From: an uncultured bacterium | GTDB lineage: Bacteria > Bacillota_I > Bacilli_A > RF39 > UBA660 | Assembly (NCBI GenBank): GCA_949295285.1 | Contig: CASFKI010000049.1 | Span: 1,506 to 65,505 of the forward strand | Length of the DNA: 64,000 bases | Reading direction: 5' to 3' | Part shown: piece by piece, positions 30,129 through 39,064 of the stretch | How positions within the stretch are numbered: position 1 is the first letter of the stretch | Layout of the letters: each line of letters begins with the position of its first letter | Made by a program: the position numbers and the translations under genes | The notes under the pieces: model-generated | What the model saw: the letters and a program-made list of their open reading frames with translations, nothing else | Databases searched by the model: none | Told to the model about the DNA's origin: nothing

Positions 30129-32537
30129 ATGTATGATCTTGGAGAAAATTTTAGAATAAATTTAAAGAAAAGTAAAACACCAAGTTCTTACGTATTTAGA
30201 GGTGCAAAATATAGAATAAGTATTATATCTGATTCGTTAATAAGATTTGAATATAATATAGATGGTAAATTTAATGATTATCCAACTATGTTTGCTATTA
30301 ATAGATCATTTGGTAAGCCTAAAATTAATGTTGAAGAAGATAATTTAATATTGGTTATCAGAAATGATAAATTTACTCTTGAGTATCAAAAAGATAAACC
30401 ATTTATAGGAAATAGAATGTTTCCTGAACAGTATTTAAAAGTCGCTGTTAAAGATTCAGATAAAATATGGTATTTTAATCATCCTGAAGTTAGAAATTTT
30501 AATTCATCTGCATATAGTTTAGATAATTATGACGGAAATATAAAATTAGATAAAGGTTTATTTTCTTTAGATGGTTTTGCATCTATAGATGATTCTAAAA
30601 CTCCTATATTAGATATAAATGGCAATTTGATGATACCAAATGAAAATAATATTGATACATACTTATTTATATACAATGAAGATTTTGGTATTGGTCTTAG
30701 AGATTATTTTAATTTGACTGGATTACCACCACTAATTCCAAGATATGCTCTTGGAGTATGGTGGGCTAAGAATGATTCATATAATGTTCAAGATATTCAA
30801 AATTTAGTTAATTCATTTAGAAAAAATAAGATACCATTATCAGTATTATTGTTGGGGGAATATGCTAGAACTAAAAATAAGTATTCTCCTTTGAGTTATA
30901 CACTAGATAAAAAAATATTTCCATCAACTATAGAATTAAGTAAGTATTTACACAAAAATTATATACTTTTAGGAACGAATATTAAAACTGATGGAGTTTT
31001 AAGTATAGAGGAAGAAAATCACTCAAATTTTATTAAAATGTATCCAAAAGATAGTGATAAAAATATTCCTATCAATGTGTATAGTTCAAATTTTATTAAT
31101 GCATTTTTAAAAACTATAATTAATCCTTTTTTAAATTCAGGTATTGATGTTTTATGGGTTGATGATGATAATAAAAATGATAAAATTAGAAATTATGCAA
31201 TGAATTATTATTTATTTAATAATGATTCTGTTGAAGAATATAAAAAAAGAAATTTAATAATTTCAAGAAATTTTGGGATAGTTCCACATAAATATTCAAT
31301 ATTATATTCTGGAAAATTAAACATAAATTGGAAAACTCTTAAATTTTTACCATTTTATAATGCTAATTCATCAAATATTGGAGTTTCTTGGTGGAGTCAT
31401 GATATTGGTGGATACAGGGGTGGAACTGAAGATTCTGAATTGTATATGAGATATGTGCAGCTTGGAGTTTATAGTCCTATTTTAAGACTTGCTAGTGAAG
31501 GTGGTAAATATTATAAAAGAGAACCTTGGAAATGGGATGCTAAAACATATAGTATAGTAAAAGATTATCTTGTATTAAGACATAGATTGATACCATATTT
31601 ATATTCAGAGGCAAGAAAATATTCATCATATGGAACAACTCTAATACAACCATTATATTATAAATATCCAGAAACTTATGATGAGCCATTATATAAAAAT
31701 GAATACTATTTTGGAAGTGAATTATTTGTATCTCCAATTGTAACAAGTAGAGATGCTATTATGAATAGAGTAGTTCATAGATTATTTTTACCAAAGGGAA
31801 TTTGGTATGATTTTAAAACAGGCAAAAAGTTTATAGGTGGTAAGAGGTATGTAACTTTCTTTAAAGATGAAGATTATCCCGTATTTGCAAGGGGAGGTGC
31901 GATAATACCAATGTCCGTATTAAATCCAAATCAATTAAATAATACAGCTTCACCTAAAAAATTAGAAATCCATATATTTCCTGGTAGAAGTAATACATAT
32001 AAATTATATGAAGATGATGGGTATACATTAAAATATAAAAATGGCTATAGTTTTACAACAGAAATTAATTATTATTATAAAGAAAATGACTTTTCAGTGT
32101 CATTAGAACCACTAGAAGGTAAATCAGGAGTAATACCTGAAAAAAGAGATTATGTAATAAGATTTAGAAATACTAAATTTACAGATCAAGTACAAGTTTT
32201 TTGTGACGAAATAAATGTTCCATATAGAAGATTTATTGAAGATAATGATTTTGTAATAGAGTTTGATAATATTCCGACTACAAGTAAAGTTTTTGTTTAT
32301 TGTAAAGGTAAAGATATAGAAATAGATGCATCTCGTGTTATTAATGAAGATTTAGAAAGTATTATTAGTGATTTAACGATCACAACAGATTTAAAAATTG
32401 CTATAGATGAAATTATATTTAGTGATAAATCTATAAAAGATAAAAGAATAGCAATAAGAAAACTAAGAAAAAAAGGGTTATCTTCTATTTTTATAAAAAT
32501 GTTTTTAAAATTATTCGAATACATTCAAGAAGTATAG
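30129..32537 (+). CDS. Glycoside hydrolase family 31 (alpha-glucosidase/xylosidase-like), cytoplasmic, with an extra ~90-aa C-terminal tail
   Basis: ATG 30129 lies 7 nt after ggagg. Motifs: GIDVLWVDDD (nucleophile region), VSWWSHDIGGY (acid/base region), ELYMRYVQLGVYSPILRL, LPKGIWYDFKTGKKF, PVFARGGAIIP. No signal peptide. Confidence 0.8.
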   Translation: MYDLGENFRINLKKSKTPSSYVFRGAKYRISIISDSLIRFEYNIDGKFNDYPTMFAINRSFGKPKINVEEDNLILVIRNDKFTLEYQKDKPFIGNRMFPEQYLKVAVKDSDKIWYFNHPEVRNFNSSAYSLDNYDGNIKLDKGLFSLDGFASIDDSKTPILDINGNLMIPNENNIDTYLFIYNEDFGIGLRDYFNLTGLPPLIPRYALGVWWAKNDSYNVQDIQNLVNSFRKNKIPLSVLLLGEYARTKNKYSPLSYTLDKKIFPSTIELSKYLHKNYILLGTNIKTDGVLSIEEENHSNFIKMYPKDSDKNIPINVYSSNFINAFLKTIINPFLNSGIDVLWVDDDNKNDKIRNYAMNYYLFNNDSVEEYKKRNLIISRNFGIVPHKYSILYSGKLNINWKTLKFLPFYNANSSNIGVSWWSHDIGGYRGGTEDSELYMRYVQLGVYSPILRLASEGGKYYKREPWKWDAKTYSIVKDYLVLRHRLIPYLYSEARKYSSYGTTLIQPLYYKYPETYDEPLYKNEYYFGSELFVSPIVTSRDAIMNRVVHRLFLPKGIWYDFKTGKKFIGGKRYVTFFKDEDYPVFARGGAIIPMSVLNPNQLNNTASPKKLEIHIFPGRSNTYKLYEDDGYTLKYKNGYSFTTEINYYYKENDFSVSLEPLEGKSGVIPEKRDYVIRFRNTKFTDQVQVFCDEINVPYRRFIEDNDFVIEFDNIPTTSKVFVYCKGKDIEIDASRVINEDLESIISDLTITTDLKIAIDEIIFSDKSIKDKRIAIRKLRKKGLSSIFIKMFLKLFEYIQEV

Positions 32538-32544
32538 GTATTAT

Positions 32545-33012
32545 ATGAAAAAGAAAGTTTTAATATTATTATTAATATTCATGATTTTGGCATTATTTCT
32601 AGTACTTATTACATTAGTATTTAAAAGAACAAGTCTTAATAGTGAAGAGTTTATAAATATACTTGAAAAAAATGAGTTTGAAGTAAAAAATATAATAAGA
32701 GAATATAACTATAATTTTGTAAAAGATGCGTATTTAGGTAAGTCTTCTGATAACTGGAATATAGAATTCTTAATATTAGATAATGATGAACATGCAAAAG
32801 AATTATTTAATAATTTTCATAAAGAATATAGAAATTTTAATGAAAGAAAGTCTTTTACTATAATATATGGATTAAATTATAATGTATTTACTTTAACTAC
32901 AAGTAATTATTATATGTATATTTCTAGAATAAATAATACACTAATATATGTTAAATCTAACAAAAAATACAAAGAAGATATTAAAGAAACTGTTAAAATG
33001 TTAGGGTATTAA
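32545..33012 (+). CDS. Hypothetical N-terminally membrane-anchored protein (155 aa)
   Basis: N-terminal anchor MKKKVLILLLIFMILALFLVLITLVF followed by a soluble domain. Starts 7 nt after the GH31 stop. Confidence 0.5.
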   Translation: MKKKVLILLLIFMILALFLVLITLVFKRTSLNSEEFINILEKNEFEVKNIIREYNYNFVKDAYLGKSSDNWNIEFLILDNDEHAKELFNNFHKEYRNFNERKSFTIIYGLNYNVFTLTTSNYYMYISRINNTLIYVKSNKKYKEDIKETVKMLGY

Positions 33013-33023
33013 CATAAAAAATA

Positions 33024-33052
33024 TTGAATTATATAAAAAAATATTGTATAAT
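33024..33052 (+). promoter_or_regulatory. Sigma-A promoter of the leuS leader
   Basis: TTGAAT (33024-33029), a 17-nt spacer, then TATAAT (33047-33052). Confidence 0.6.
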
Positions 33053-33057
33053 CTATG

Positions 33058-33266
33058 TATATTTCGTTTGAGAAAAAGAGTAGTAGGTATTTAAATACTT
33101 TTTAGAGAGTTAGTGATTGGTGAAAACTAATATGTATTAGTAGCGAACTTGCTTTTTATAGAAATAAGCGTATATTGGCGTTAACAATTAAAGTGCATAA
33201 AACTTTATGAATTAAGGTGGTACCGTGGGAATCTCTCACCCTTAAGTTATAAAGTTTTTATTTTTT
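33058..33266 (+). promoter_or_regulatory. T-box riboswitch leader, probable Leu (CUU) specifier
   Basis: Stem I elements agagagttagtgattggtgaaaacta. Candidate specifier gcgaaCTTgc. T-box sequence aattaaggtggtaccgtgg (33210-33228). Terminator arms aaactttatgaattaagg / ccttaagttataaagttt, followed by a T-run. Confidence 0.8.
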
Positions 33267-33278
33267 AGGAGAATTATT

Positions 33279-33644
33279 ATGAATGAAGTATTAAAATTTT
33301 TATTTTATTTTATTTGGATATTTCTATTGATATTAATTATTTATACTATATTTATAAATAGGAAAAAGAGAAGTTATTCAAAATTAAAAGATAGTGATGA
33401 AATAAATTTATTTGTAAAAAGATATAATATTGATATTAAAAAACATAGTTTTAAAAGATTAAAATTTTTAATTGCTTTAATTAATTCATTTATAATAGCA
33501 TTTACTAGTACACTTATTGTATATATAAAAAGTATTATATGGTCTGTATTAGTAGGATTTATAGTAGTTTTTATTCTCCTGTATTCAATATATGAAATAG
33601 TAGGAAGATATTATAAAAAAAAGGAGGAAAAGAAAAATGTATAA
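33279..33644 (+). CDS. Small 3-TM membrane protein (121 aa) between the T-box and leuS
   Basis: RBS aggag precedes ATG 33279. Three hydrophobic helices separated by a basic loop (NRKKRSYSKLK...KKHSFKR). The stop overlaps the leuS ATG by 8 nt (ATGTATAA). Confidence 0.55.
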   Translation: MNEVLKFLFYFIWIFLLILIIYTIFINRKKRSYSKLKDSDEINLFVKRYNIDIKKHSFKRLKFLIALINSFIIAFTSTLIVYIKSIIWSVLVGFIVVFILLYSIYEIVGRYYKKKEEKKNV

Positions 33645-36039
33645 TCATAGCGAAATAGAAAAAAAATGGCAAGATATATGGTTGAAAGAAAAATGTTTTG
33701 AAGCTAAAAATGATAGTGATAAGGAAAAATATTACTTTTTAGTAGAATTTCCATATCCAAGTGGTAATGGACTACATGTAGGTCATGTTAGAAGTTATAC
33801 TGCATTAGATGCAATGGCAAGAATAAAAAGAATGCAAGGATATAATGTATTATATCCAATGGGTTGGGATGCTTTTGGATCACCAGCAGAACAATATGCG
33901 ATTAATAATCATATTTATCCAGCAAATATGGTAAAAGAATGTATTCAAGTTTTTAAAAAACAAATGATGTCATTAGGATTTTCATTTGATTGGTCAAGAG
34001 AATTTGCAACTACTGATCCTGAGTATTATAAATGGACTCAATGGCAATTTCTCAAATTCCATGAAGCTGGTCTTGCATATAAAGCAGAAAAAGAAATAAA
34101 TTGGTGTCCTAAATGTCTAACAGGTTTGTCTAATGAAGATTCTGAAGGTGGCATTTGTGAAAGATGTGGAACTAAAACAGTAAAAAAATTAAAAAGTCAA
34201 TGGATGCTTAAGATGAGTGATTATGCTCAAAGGTTATTAGATGGTCTTGATAAAACTGAATTTATGAATAAAATTAAAATTGCTCAAATAAATTGGATTG
34301 GTAAAAGTGAAGGAGCAGAGGTAGAATTTAAAATAGATGGTGAGAAAGAATCATTAAAAGTATTTACTACAAGGCCTGACACTTTATATGGTGTAACTTT
34401 TATGGTTATGTCTCCTGAACACAAATTTATTGAAAAGTATGCGTATAAAATTAAAAATATTGATGAAGTTAAAAAGTATCAAGAATATGCAGCTAGTAAG
34501 TCAGAAATAGAAAGAACAGACCATACAAAAGAAAAAACTGGTGTTAAATTAGATGGATTTGAAGTAATTAATCCACTAACTAATGAAAAAATACAGGTAT
34601 GGATTTCAGATTATGTATTAGCAACATATGGAACCGGTGCAATTATGGCTGTTCCTGCTCATGATGAGAGGGATTATGAGTTTGCTTGTAAATTTAACAT
34701 ACCAATAATTGAAGTAATTAAAGGAGGAGATATTTCAAAAGAAGCTTATATCGGCGATGGTGAAATGATTAACTCGGGTATATTAAATGGAATAACAAAC
34801 AAAAAAGAAGCGATTGAAAAAATTATTAAATATTTAGAAGATAATAAAATTGGTAAAAAAACGATAAATTATAAATTGCAAGATTGGATATTTAGTAGAC
34901 AAAGATTTTGGGGTGAACCTATTCCAATGATATATTGTGAAAAATGTGGATGGGTGAGAGTTCCCGAAAAAGATTTACCAGTAATTCTACCTGATGTTCC
35001 ATCATATGAACCTACTGAAAATGGTGAGAGCCCTCTTGCTAATGTAGATGAGTGGGTTAATACCACTTGTCCTAAATGTAAAAGTCCTGCTAAGCGTGAA
35101 ACAGACACTATGCCTAACTGGGCTGGATCTAGCTGGTATTGGTTAAGATTTATGGATCCTAAAAATGATAAAGAATTTGTTGGTAAAGAAGCACTTAAAT
35201 ATTGGGGAATGGTAGATTATTATAATGGTGGTATGGAGCATGCTACAAGACACTTATTATATGCAAGATTTTGGCATCAATTCTTATATGATCAAGGGTT
35301 AGTTCCAACTGAAGAACCATTTAAAAAACGTGTATCTCATGGTATGATCTTGGGTGAGAATGGCGAAAAGATGAGTAAATCAAGAGGTAATGTAGTAAAT
35401 CCCGATGACATGATTAAAAACTATGGGGCTGATGCACTTAGAACATATGAAATGTTTATAGGTGATTATTCAAAAGACGCATCTTGGAGTGAAAATGGAT
35501 TAAAAGGATGTAAGAGATTTTTGGATAAAATATATAGACTTAAAGATAAAGTGATTGATGGTGATGAATATTCTAAAGAATTAGAAATTAAGATAAATAA
35601 AACCATAAAAAAGGTTGATGAAGATATTAATACGATGAATTATAATACAGCAGTATCTGCATTAATGATATTATCCAATGAATATGATAATATAGAACAT
35701 ATTACACAAAAAGATTACAGAACAATATTACATTTATTAAATCCAATAGCGCCTCATATAACAGAAGAATTAAATGAGATAATGAAATTAGGTGAACCAT
35801 TTTATAAAAGTAGTTTCCCTAAATATGATGAAAATAAAATTGTTGAGGATATTGTTAATATTGCTTGTAGTGTTAATGGTAAATTAAGAGCAACATTTAA
35901 AGCTAAAGTTAATGAAGACAAAGAAAAATTATTAAAAGAAGCCAAAAATCAAGAAAATGTTATAAAATATATCGAAGGTAAGGAAATAATTAAAGAAATT
36001 GTTGTAGTTAATAAGATAGTAAATATAGTTGTTAAATAA
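33637..36039 (+). CDS. leuS: Leucyl-tRNA synthetase
   Basis: HIGH-type LHVGHVRSY and KMSKS (EKMSKSRGN), 800 aa. Confidence 0.97.
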   Translation: MYNHSEIEKKWQDIWLKEKCFEAKNDSDKEKYYFLVEFPYPSGNGLHVGHVRSYTALDAMARIKRMQGYNVLYPMGWDAFGSPAEQYAINNHIYPANMVKECIQVFKKQMMSLGFSFDWSREFATTDPEYYKWTQWQFLKFHEAGLAYKAEKEINWCPKCLTGLSNEDSEGGICERCGTKTVKKLKSQWMLKMSDYAQRLLDGLDKTEFMNKIKIAQINWIGKSEGAEVEFKIDGEKESLKVFTTRPDTLYGVTFMVMSPEHKFIEKYAYKIKNIDEVKKYQEYAASKSEIERTDHTKEKTGVKLDGFEVINPLTNEKIQVWISDYVLATYGTGAIMAVPAHDERDYEFACKFNIPIIEVIKGGDISKEAYIGDGEMINSGILNGITNKKEAIEKIIKYLEDNKIGKKTINYKLQDWIFSRQRFWGEPIPMIYCEKCGWVRVPEKDLPVILPDVPSYEPTENGESPLANVDEWVNTTCPKCKSPAKRETDTMPNWAGSSWYWLRFMDPKNDKEFVGKEALKYWGMVDYYNGGMEHATRHLLYARFWHQFLYDQGLVPTEEPFKKRVSHGMILGENGEKMSKSRGNVVNPDDMIKNYGADALRTYEMFIGDYSKDASWSENGLKGCKRFLDKIYRLKDKVIDGDEYSKELEIKINKTIKKVDEDINTMNYNTAVSALMILSNEYDNIEHITQKDYRTILHLLNPIAPHITEELNEIMKLGEPFYKSSFPKYDENKIVEDIVNIACSVNGKLRATFKAKVNEDKEKLLKEAKNQENVIKYIEGKEIIKEIVVVNKIVNIVVK

Positions 36040-36070
36040 GATAAATCACAAAAAGAGATTTATCTTTTTT
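36039..36070 (+). terminator. Rho-independent terminator after leuS
   Basis: agataaatc / gatttatct stem, then tttttttc. Confidence 0.65.
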
Positions 36071-36116
36071 TCTTGTAAAAAATAAAAAAAATGTTATACT
36101 TATAATAGGTGATGAT

Positions 36117-38135
36117 ATGAGAAAATATTTAATGGTAGTTATAATATATCTGTTATTTATACCTTGTTTTGTTTATGCAGATAGTTTTGATGAAGCAGAT
36201 AAAATAGCTAATGAGTACTTATATAATACAACATATAGAAATACATATAGTAAATATTTAATACCATGGATTAAAGAAATTAATGGTGATGGAAATGAAA
36301 TTATTGTAAATGGTGGTTTTATAACTTATAATGATTTTTTAATAACTACTAATAATAAAAATGCAGCTTTTTCGTATCTTTATGATGGATTAGATTATTG
36401 GACTGAAACTTTTGATGAAAGTAAAAATAAATTTTATGTGGTTTCTGATAATTTAAATAAATTGGTTGATAGAAATAATACATCTCCAAAAACTAGGGTT
36501 GCTGAATATGTAAAATCTGATACTATTGTTTTTGGAAGTGGCAGTAGAAATGATCCTTGGATATTTAGTAATTTATATAATATTAAATTAGTTACAAATG
36601 GATATGGCTCATTATTATTAGCGCAGAGTGATAACTGTGAAGTAGGGACAGTTAGTAGTGAATTAAATTTAATATCAGGTGGTAAGAATGAAAAATTAAC
36701 TGTTTGTTTAAAACCAAATACTGGTTATAAGTATGTTTCTAATTCATGTAGTGGATTTATAACATTATCTAATGATAAAAAAGAATTGAATATAGCTGGT
36801 GTAAATAGAGATTTAAATTGTGAAATATACTTTGGAAGATCTTCTAATGAAATAACTCTTGATCAAACTAATGCTGAAGTTAAATCTTCGCCTGAAAAAT
36901 TATATTTAGTTTATAATGATGGGTGGTTTAGGGATGAAACTGGATTTACTAAAGCTTATAATTTAGATAAAGTTCCTAGTAGAACTGGGTATACATATAA
37001 AGGATATTATGCTATTAAAGATAATGGTAGTGAAGTACAAGTAATTGATAGTAATGGTAAGATAATTAGTAATGAAGAAACTATAAAATTATTCGATAGT
37101 CCAAATACTTTAAAATTAAAATTAGAACCAAATAAATATACAATTGTTTATAATGGTAATGGTGCAACTAGTGGAAGTATGGCAAGCACTTCTATGAGTT
37201 ATGGTACAGCTCAAACATTAAGAAAAAATACATTTGTAAGAGATGGATATTCTTTCTTAGGATGGAATACTCAAGCAAATGGTACTGGTATAGCATATTC
37301 TGATGAAGTTGTTGTTAATAATTTGACTACAGCAAATGAAGGTACAGTTACTTTATATGCACAATGGAAAATAAATAAAATTTATTGTAATGATTTGAGT
37401 ACACAATTAAAATGCGCAAACTTAAATACTGGATTATCTGATCCATTAATTAGTTATACAGGAAATTGTACTTATGTGTGTGATAATGCTACTACAGGCG
37501 ATTATAGAATAAAATTTACAACAAGTGGTTTACTAACACTTAAAAGTGGTTTAAAATTCGATGTCTTCCTAGTTGGTGGAGGAGGCAACGGTGGTAACGG
37601 CGGTGGTGGTGGTGGTGGCTATACCAAGACTTTTAAAAATTTAAGCTTTGATACTGGCACATATACTGTTACTGTTGGCGCTGCTGCTCAAGCGTCTTCA
37701 CTAATTGGAAACGGAGTAAGCACAAGTGCAGGCGCAGGAGGTAATGGAAGTTCTGCTGGTGGAAGAGGTGGCTCTGGTGGTGGCGGAAGAGCTGTTATGT
37801 CATACGGAAATGTATTTGGTGGATCTGGTGGATCAGATGGTGGAAGTGGTGATGAAGGATATGGCTGCACATATCCAGGTTGCTATGGTAGCCCTGGCGG
37901 TTCTGGTCAGGGAACAACAACAAGAGAATTCGAAGAATCTTCTGGTGCACTTTATTCAGGAGGAGGCGGTGGATCTAATTACGCATATAATAGTACATTT
38001 GGTTATTATGGTGGAACTGGAGGTTCTGGTGGAGGCGGAAATGCTGGTTCTAACGGAGTAGCTAATACTGGTGGTGGCGGTGGATCTGGCGCTAAGGGCG
38101 GATCTGGTATAGTAATTATACGTAATGCAAGATAA
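36117..38135 (+). CDS. Secreted protein: N-terminal domain, Listeria-Bacteroides (InlB B-type) repeat, and an extreme glycine-rich C-terminal domain
   Basis: Signal peptide MRKYLMVVIIYLLFIPCFVYA. B-repeat YTIVYNGNGATSGSM...RDGYSFLGWNTQANGTGIAYSD...VTLYAQW. The last ~190 aa are G-rich (VGGGGNGGNGGGGGGGYTKTF ... GGGGSGAKGGSGIVIIRNAR). Confidence 0.8.
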   Translation: MRKYLMVVIIYLLFIPCFVYADSFDEADKIANEYLYNTTYRNTYSKYLIPWIKEINGDGNEIIVNGGFITYNDFLITTNNKNAAFSYLYDGLDYWTETFDESKNKFYVVSDNLNKLVDRNNTSPKTRVAEYVKSDTIVFGSGSRNDPWIFSNLYNIKLVTNGYGSLLLAQSDNCEVGTVSSELNLISGGKNEKLTVCLKPNTGYKYVSNSCSGFITLSNDKKELNIAGVNRDLNCEIYFGRSSNEITLDQTNAEVKSSPEKLYLVYNDGWFRDETGFTKAYNLDKVPSRTGYTYKGYYAIKDNGSEVQVIDSNGKIISNEETIKLFDSPNTLKLKLEPNKYTIVYNGNGATSGSMASTSMSYGTAQTLRKNTFVRDGYSFLGWNTQANGTGIAYSDEVVVNNLTTANEGTVTLYAQWKINKIYCNDLSTQLKCANLNTGLSDPLISYTGNCTYVCDNATTGDYRIKFTTSGLLTLKSGLKFDVFLVGGGGNGGNGGGGGGGYTKTFKNLSFDTGTYTVTVGAAAQASSLIGNGVSTSAGAGGNGSSAGGRGGSGGGGRAVMSYGNVFGGSGGSDGGSGDEGYGCTYPGCYGSPGGSGQGTTTREFEESSGALYSGGGGGSNYAYNSTFGYYGGTGGSGGGGNAGSNGVANTGGGGGSGAKGGSGIVIIRNAR

Positions 38136-38140
38136 ATATA

Positions 38141-38168
38141 AAGTCATAAGATTCTTATGACTTTTTTA
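38141..38168 (+). terminator. Rho-independent terminator
   Basis: aagtcataag / cttatgactt stem, then tttttatt. Confidence 0.7.
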
Positions 38169-38232
38169 TTTGAAGAAATATTGAAATAATGTATCAAAAG
38201 TGTTATTATGTATATATACTAAGGAGGATAAG

Positions 38233-38829
38233 ATGGATAAAATATTAGATTTTTTAGCAGATAATTATATTATATTTGGAATTGGTGCTGTTTTAATATT
38301 ATTTTGTCTAATTGGATTAATTGTGAGTAGTAAAAAGAAAAAAAATGTTAGTGAAGATCTTGGTACACAACCAATTACAAATACTACTGATACTACTGCA
38401 GTAGAACAACCAGCTAATACATTAAATACACAAATTACTACCCCACAAGCTCCTATATCTTCAGTTTCAACACAAAATGTTGTTGAACCATCTTTAGATG
38501 CATTTGCAACAAATAATTCTGAGGTTAAAATTGAAGAAATAGCAAATCAAGCTAATAATCAGGAAATGCTTGTAATTGAAGATAAACCAATTGAACAAAA
38601 TTCAACGCAGTCAATTGCTGATTCACAAATTGTAACTCAAGTACCAGAATCACAATCACTGCCAAATGAGCAAATAGGATTTAATCAACCAGTAAACAAT
38701 ATTCCTACATCTCAAGAAGAACCAGTTTTAGTATTAAATGATAATACTACACCAGTAGGTACAGAAACTAATAATATAAGTAATGTACAAGCACAAAATA
38801 ATAATCAAACTACAAACAATCAATTATAA
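38233..38829 (+). CDS. Single-pass membrane protein with a Q/N/T/P-rich low-complexity tail
   Basis: ATG 38233 follows aaggagg. TM helix IIFGIGAVLILFCLIGLIV, a KKKK stop-transfer, then ~150 aa of low-complexity sequence. Confidence 0.55.
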   Translation: MDKILDFLADNYIIFGIGAVLILFCLIGLIVSSKKKKNVSEDLGTQPITNTTDTTAVEQPANTLNTQITTPQAPISSVSTQNVVEPSLDAFATNNSEVKIEEIANQANNQEMLVIEDKPIEQNSTQSIADSQIVTQVPESQSLPNEQIGFNQPVNNIPTSQEEPVLVLNDNTTPVGTETNNISNVQAQNNNQTTNNQL

Positions 38830-38853
38830 TAATATTAATTATACGGAGATTTT

Positions 38854-38991
38854 ATGTTAGAAAATAATAATAAAATAGATTTTACTAACTTAGCAATAAA
38901 AAAAAATAATGATATAATATATATATTGATTGTAATATTTATTTTAATAATTTGTGTTATTGCTACAATATTTATTTTTATTAAAAATTAA
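38854..38991 (+). CDS. Small single-TM ORF (45 aa), not in the track
   Basis: RBS acggag precedes ATG 38854. Translation is MLENNNKIDFTNLAIKKNNDIIYILIVIFILIICVIATIFIFIKN. An AT-rich 12-bp hairpin and T-run follow. Confidence 0.4.
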   Translation: MLENNNKIDFTNLAIKKNNDIIYILIVIFILIICVIATIFIFIKN

Positions 38992-39064
38992 ATTAAAAAA
39001 ATAAAATTATATAATTTTATTTTTTTTTGTGCTATAATCATTATGAATAGAGAGGATAGGTTTT

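Noticed and set aside
37688-38147. Three overlapping ORFs (37688..37870 -, 37726..38061 +, 37956..38147 -) in the glycine-rich region.
   Set aside because: These are artefacts of the GGN-codon repeats of ORF 36117..38135, giving Pro-rich antisense and E/V/L-rich +1 frame products. There are no start signals. The repeats are also not CRISPR-like, since there are no unique spacers of regular length.
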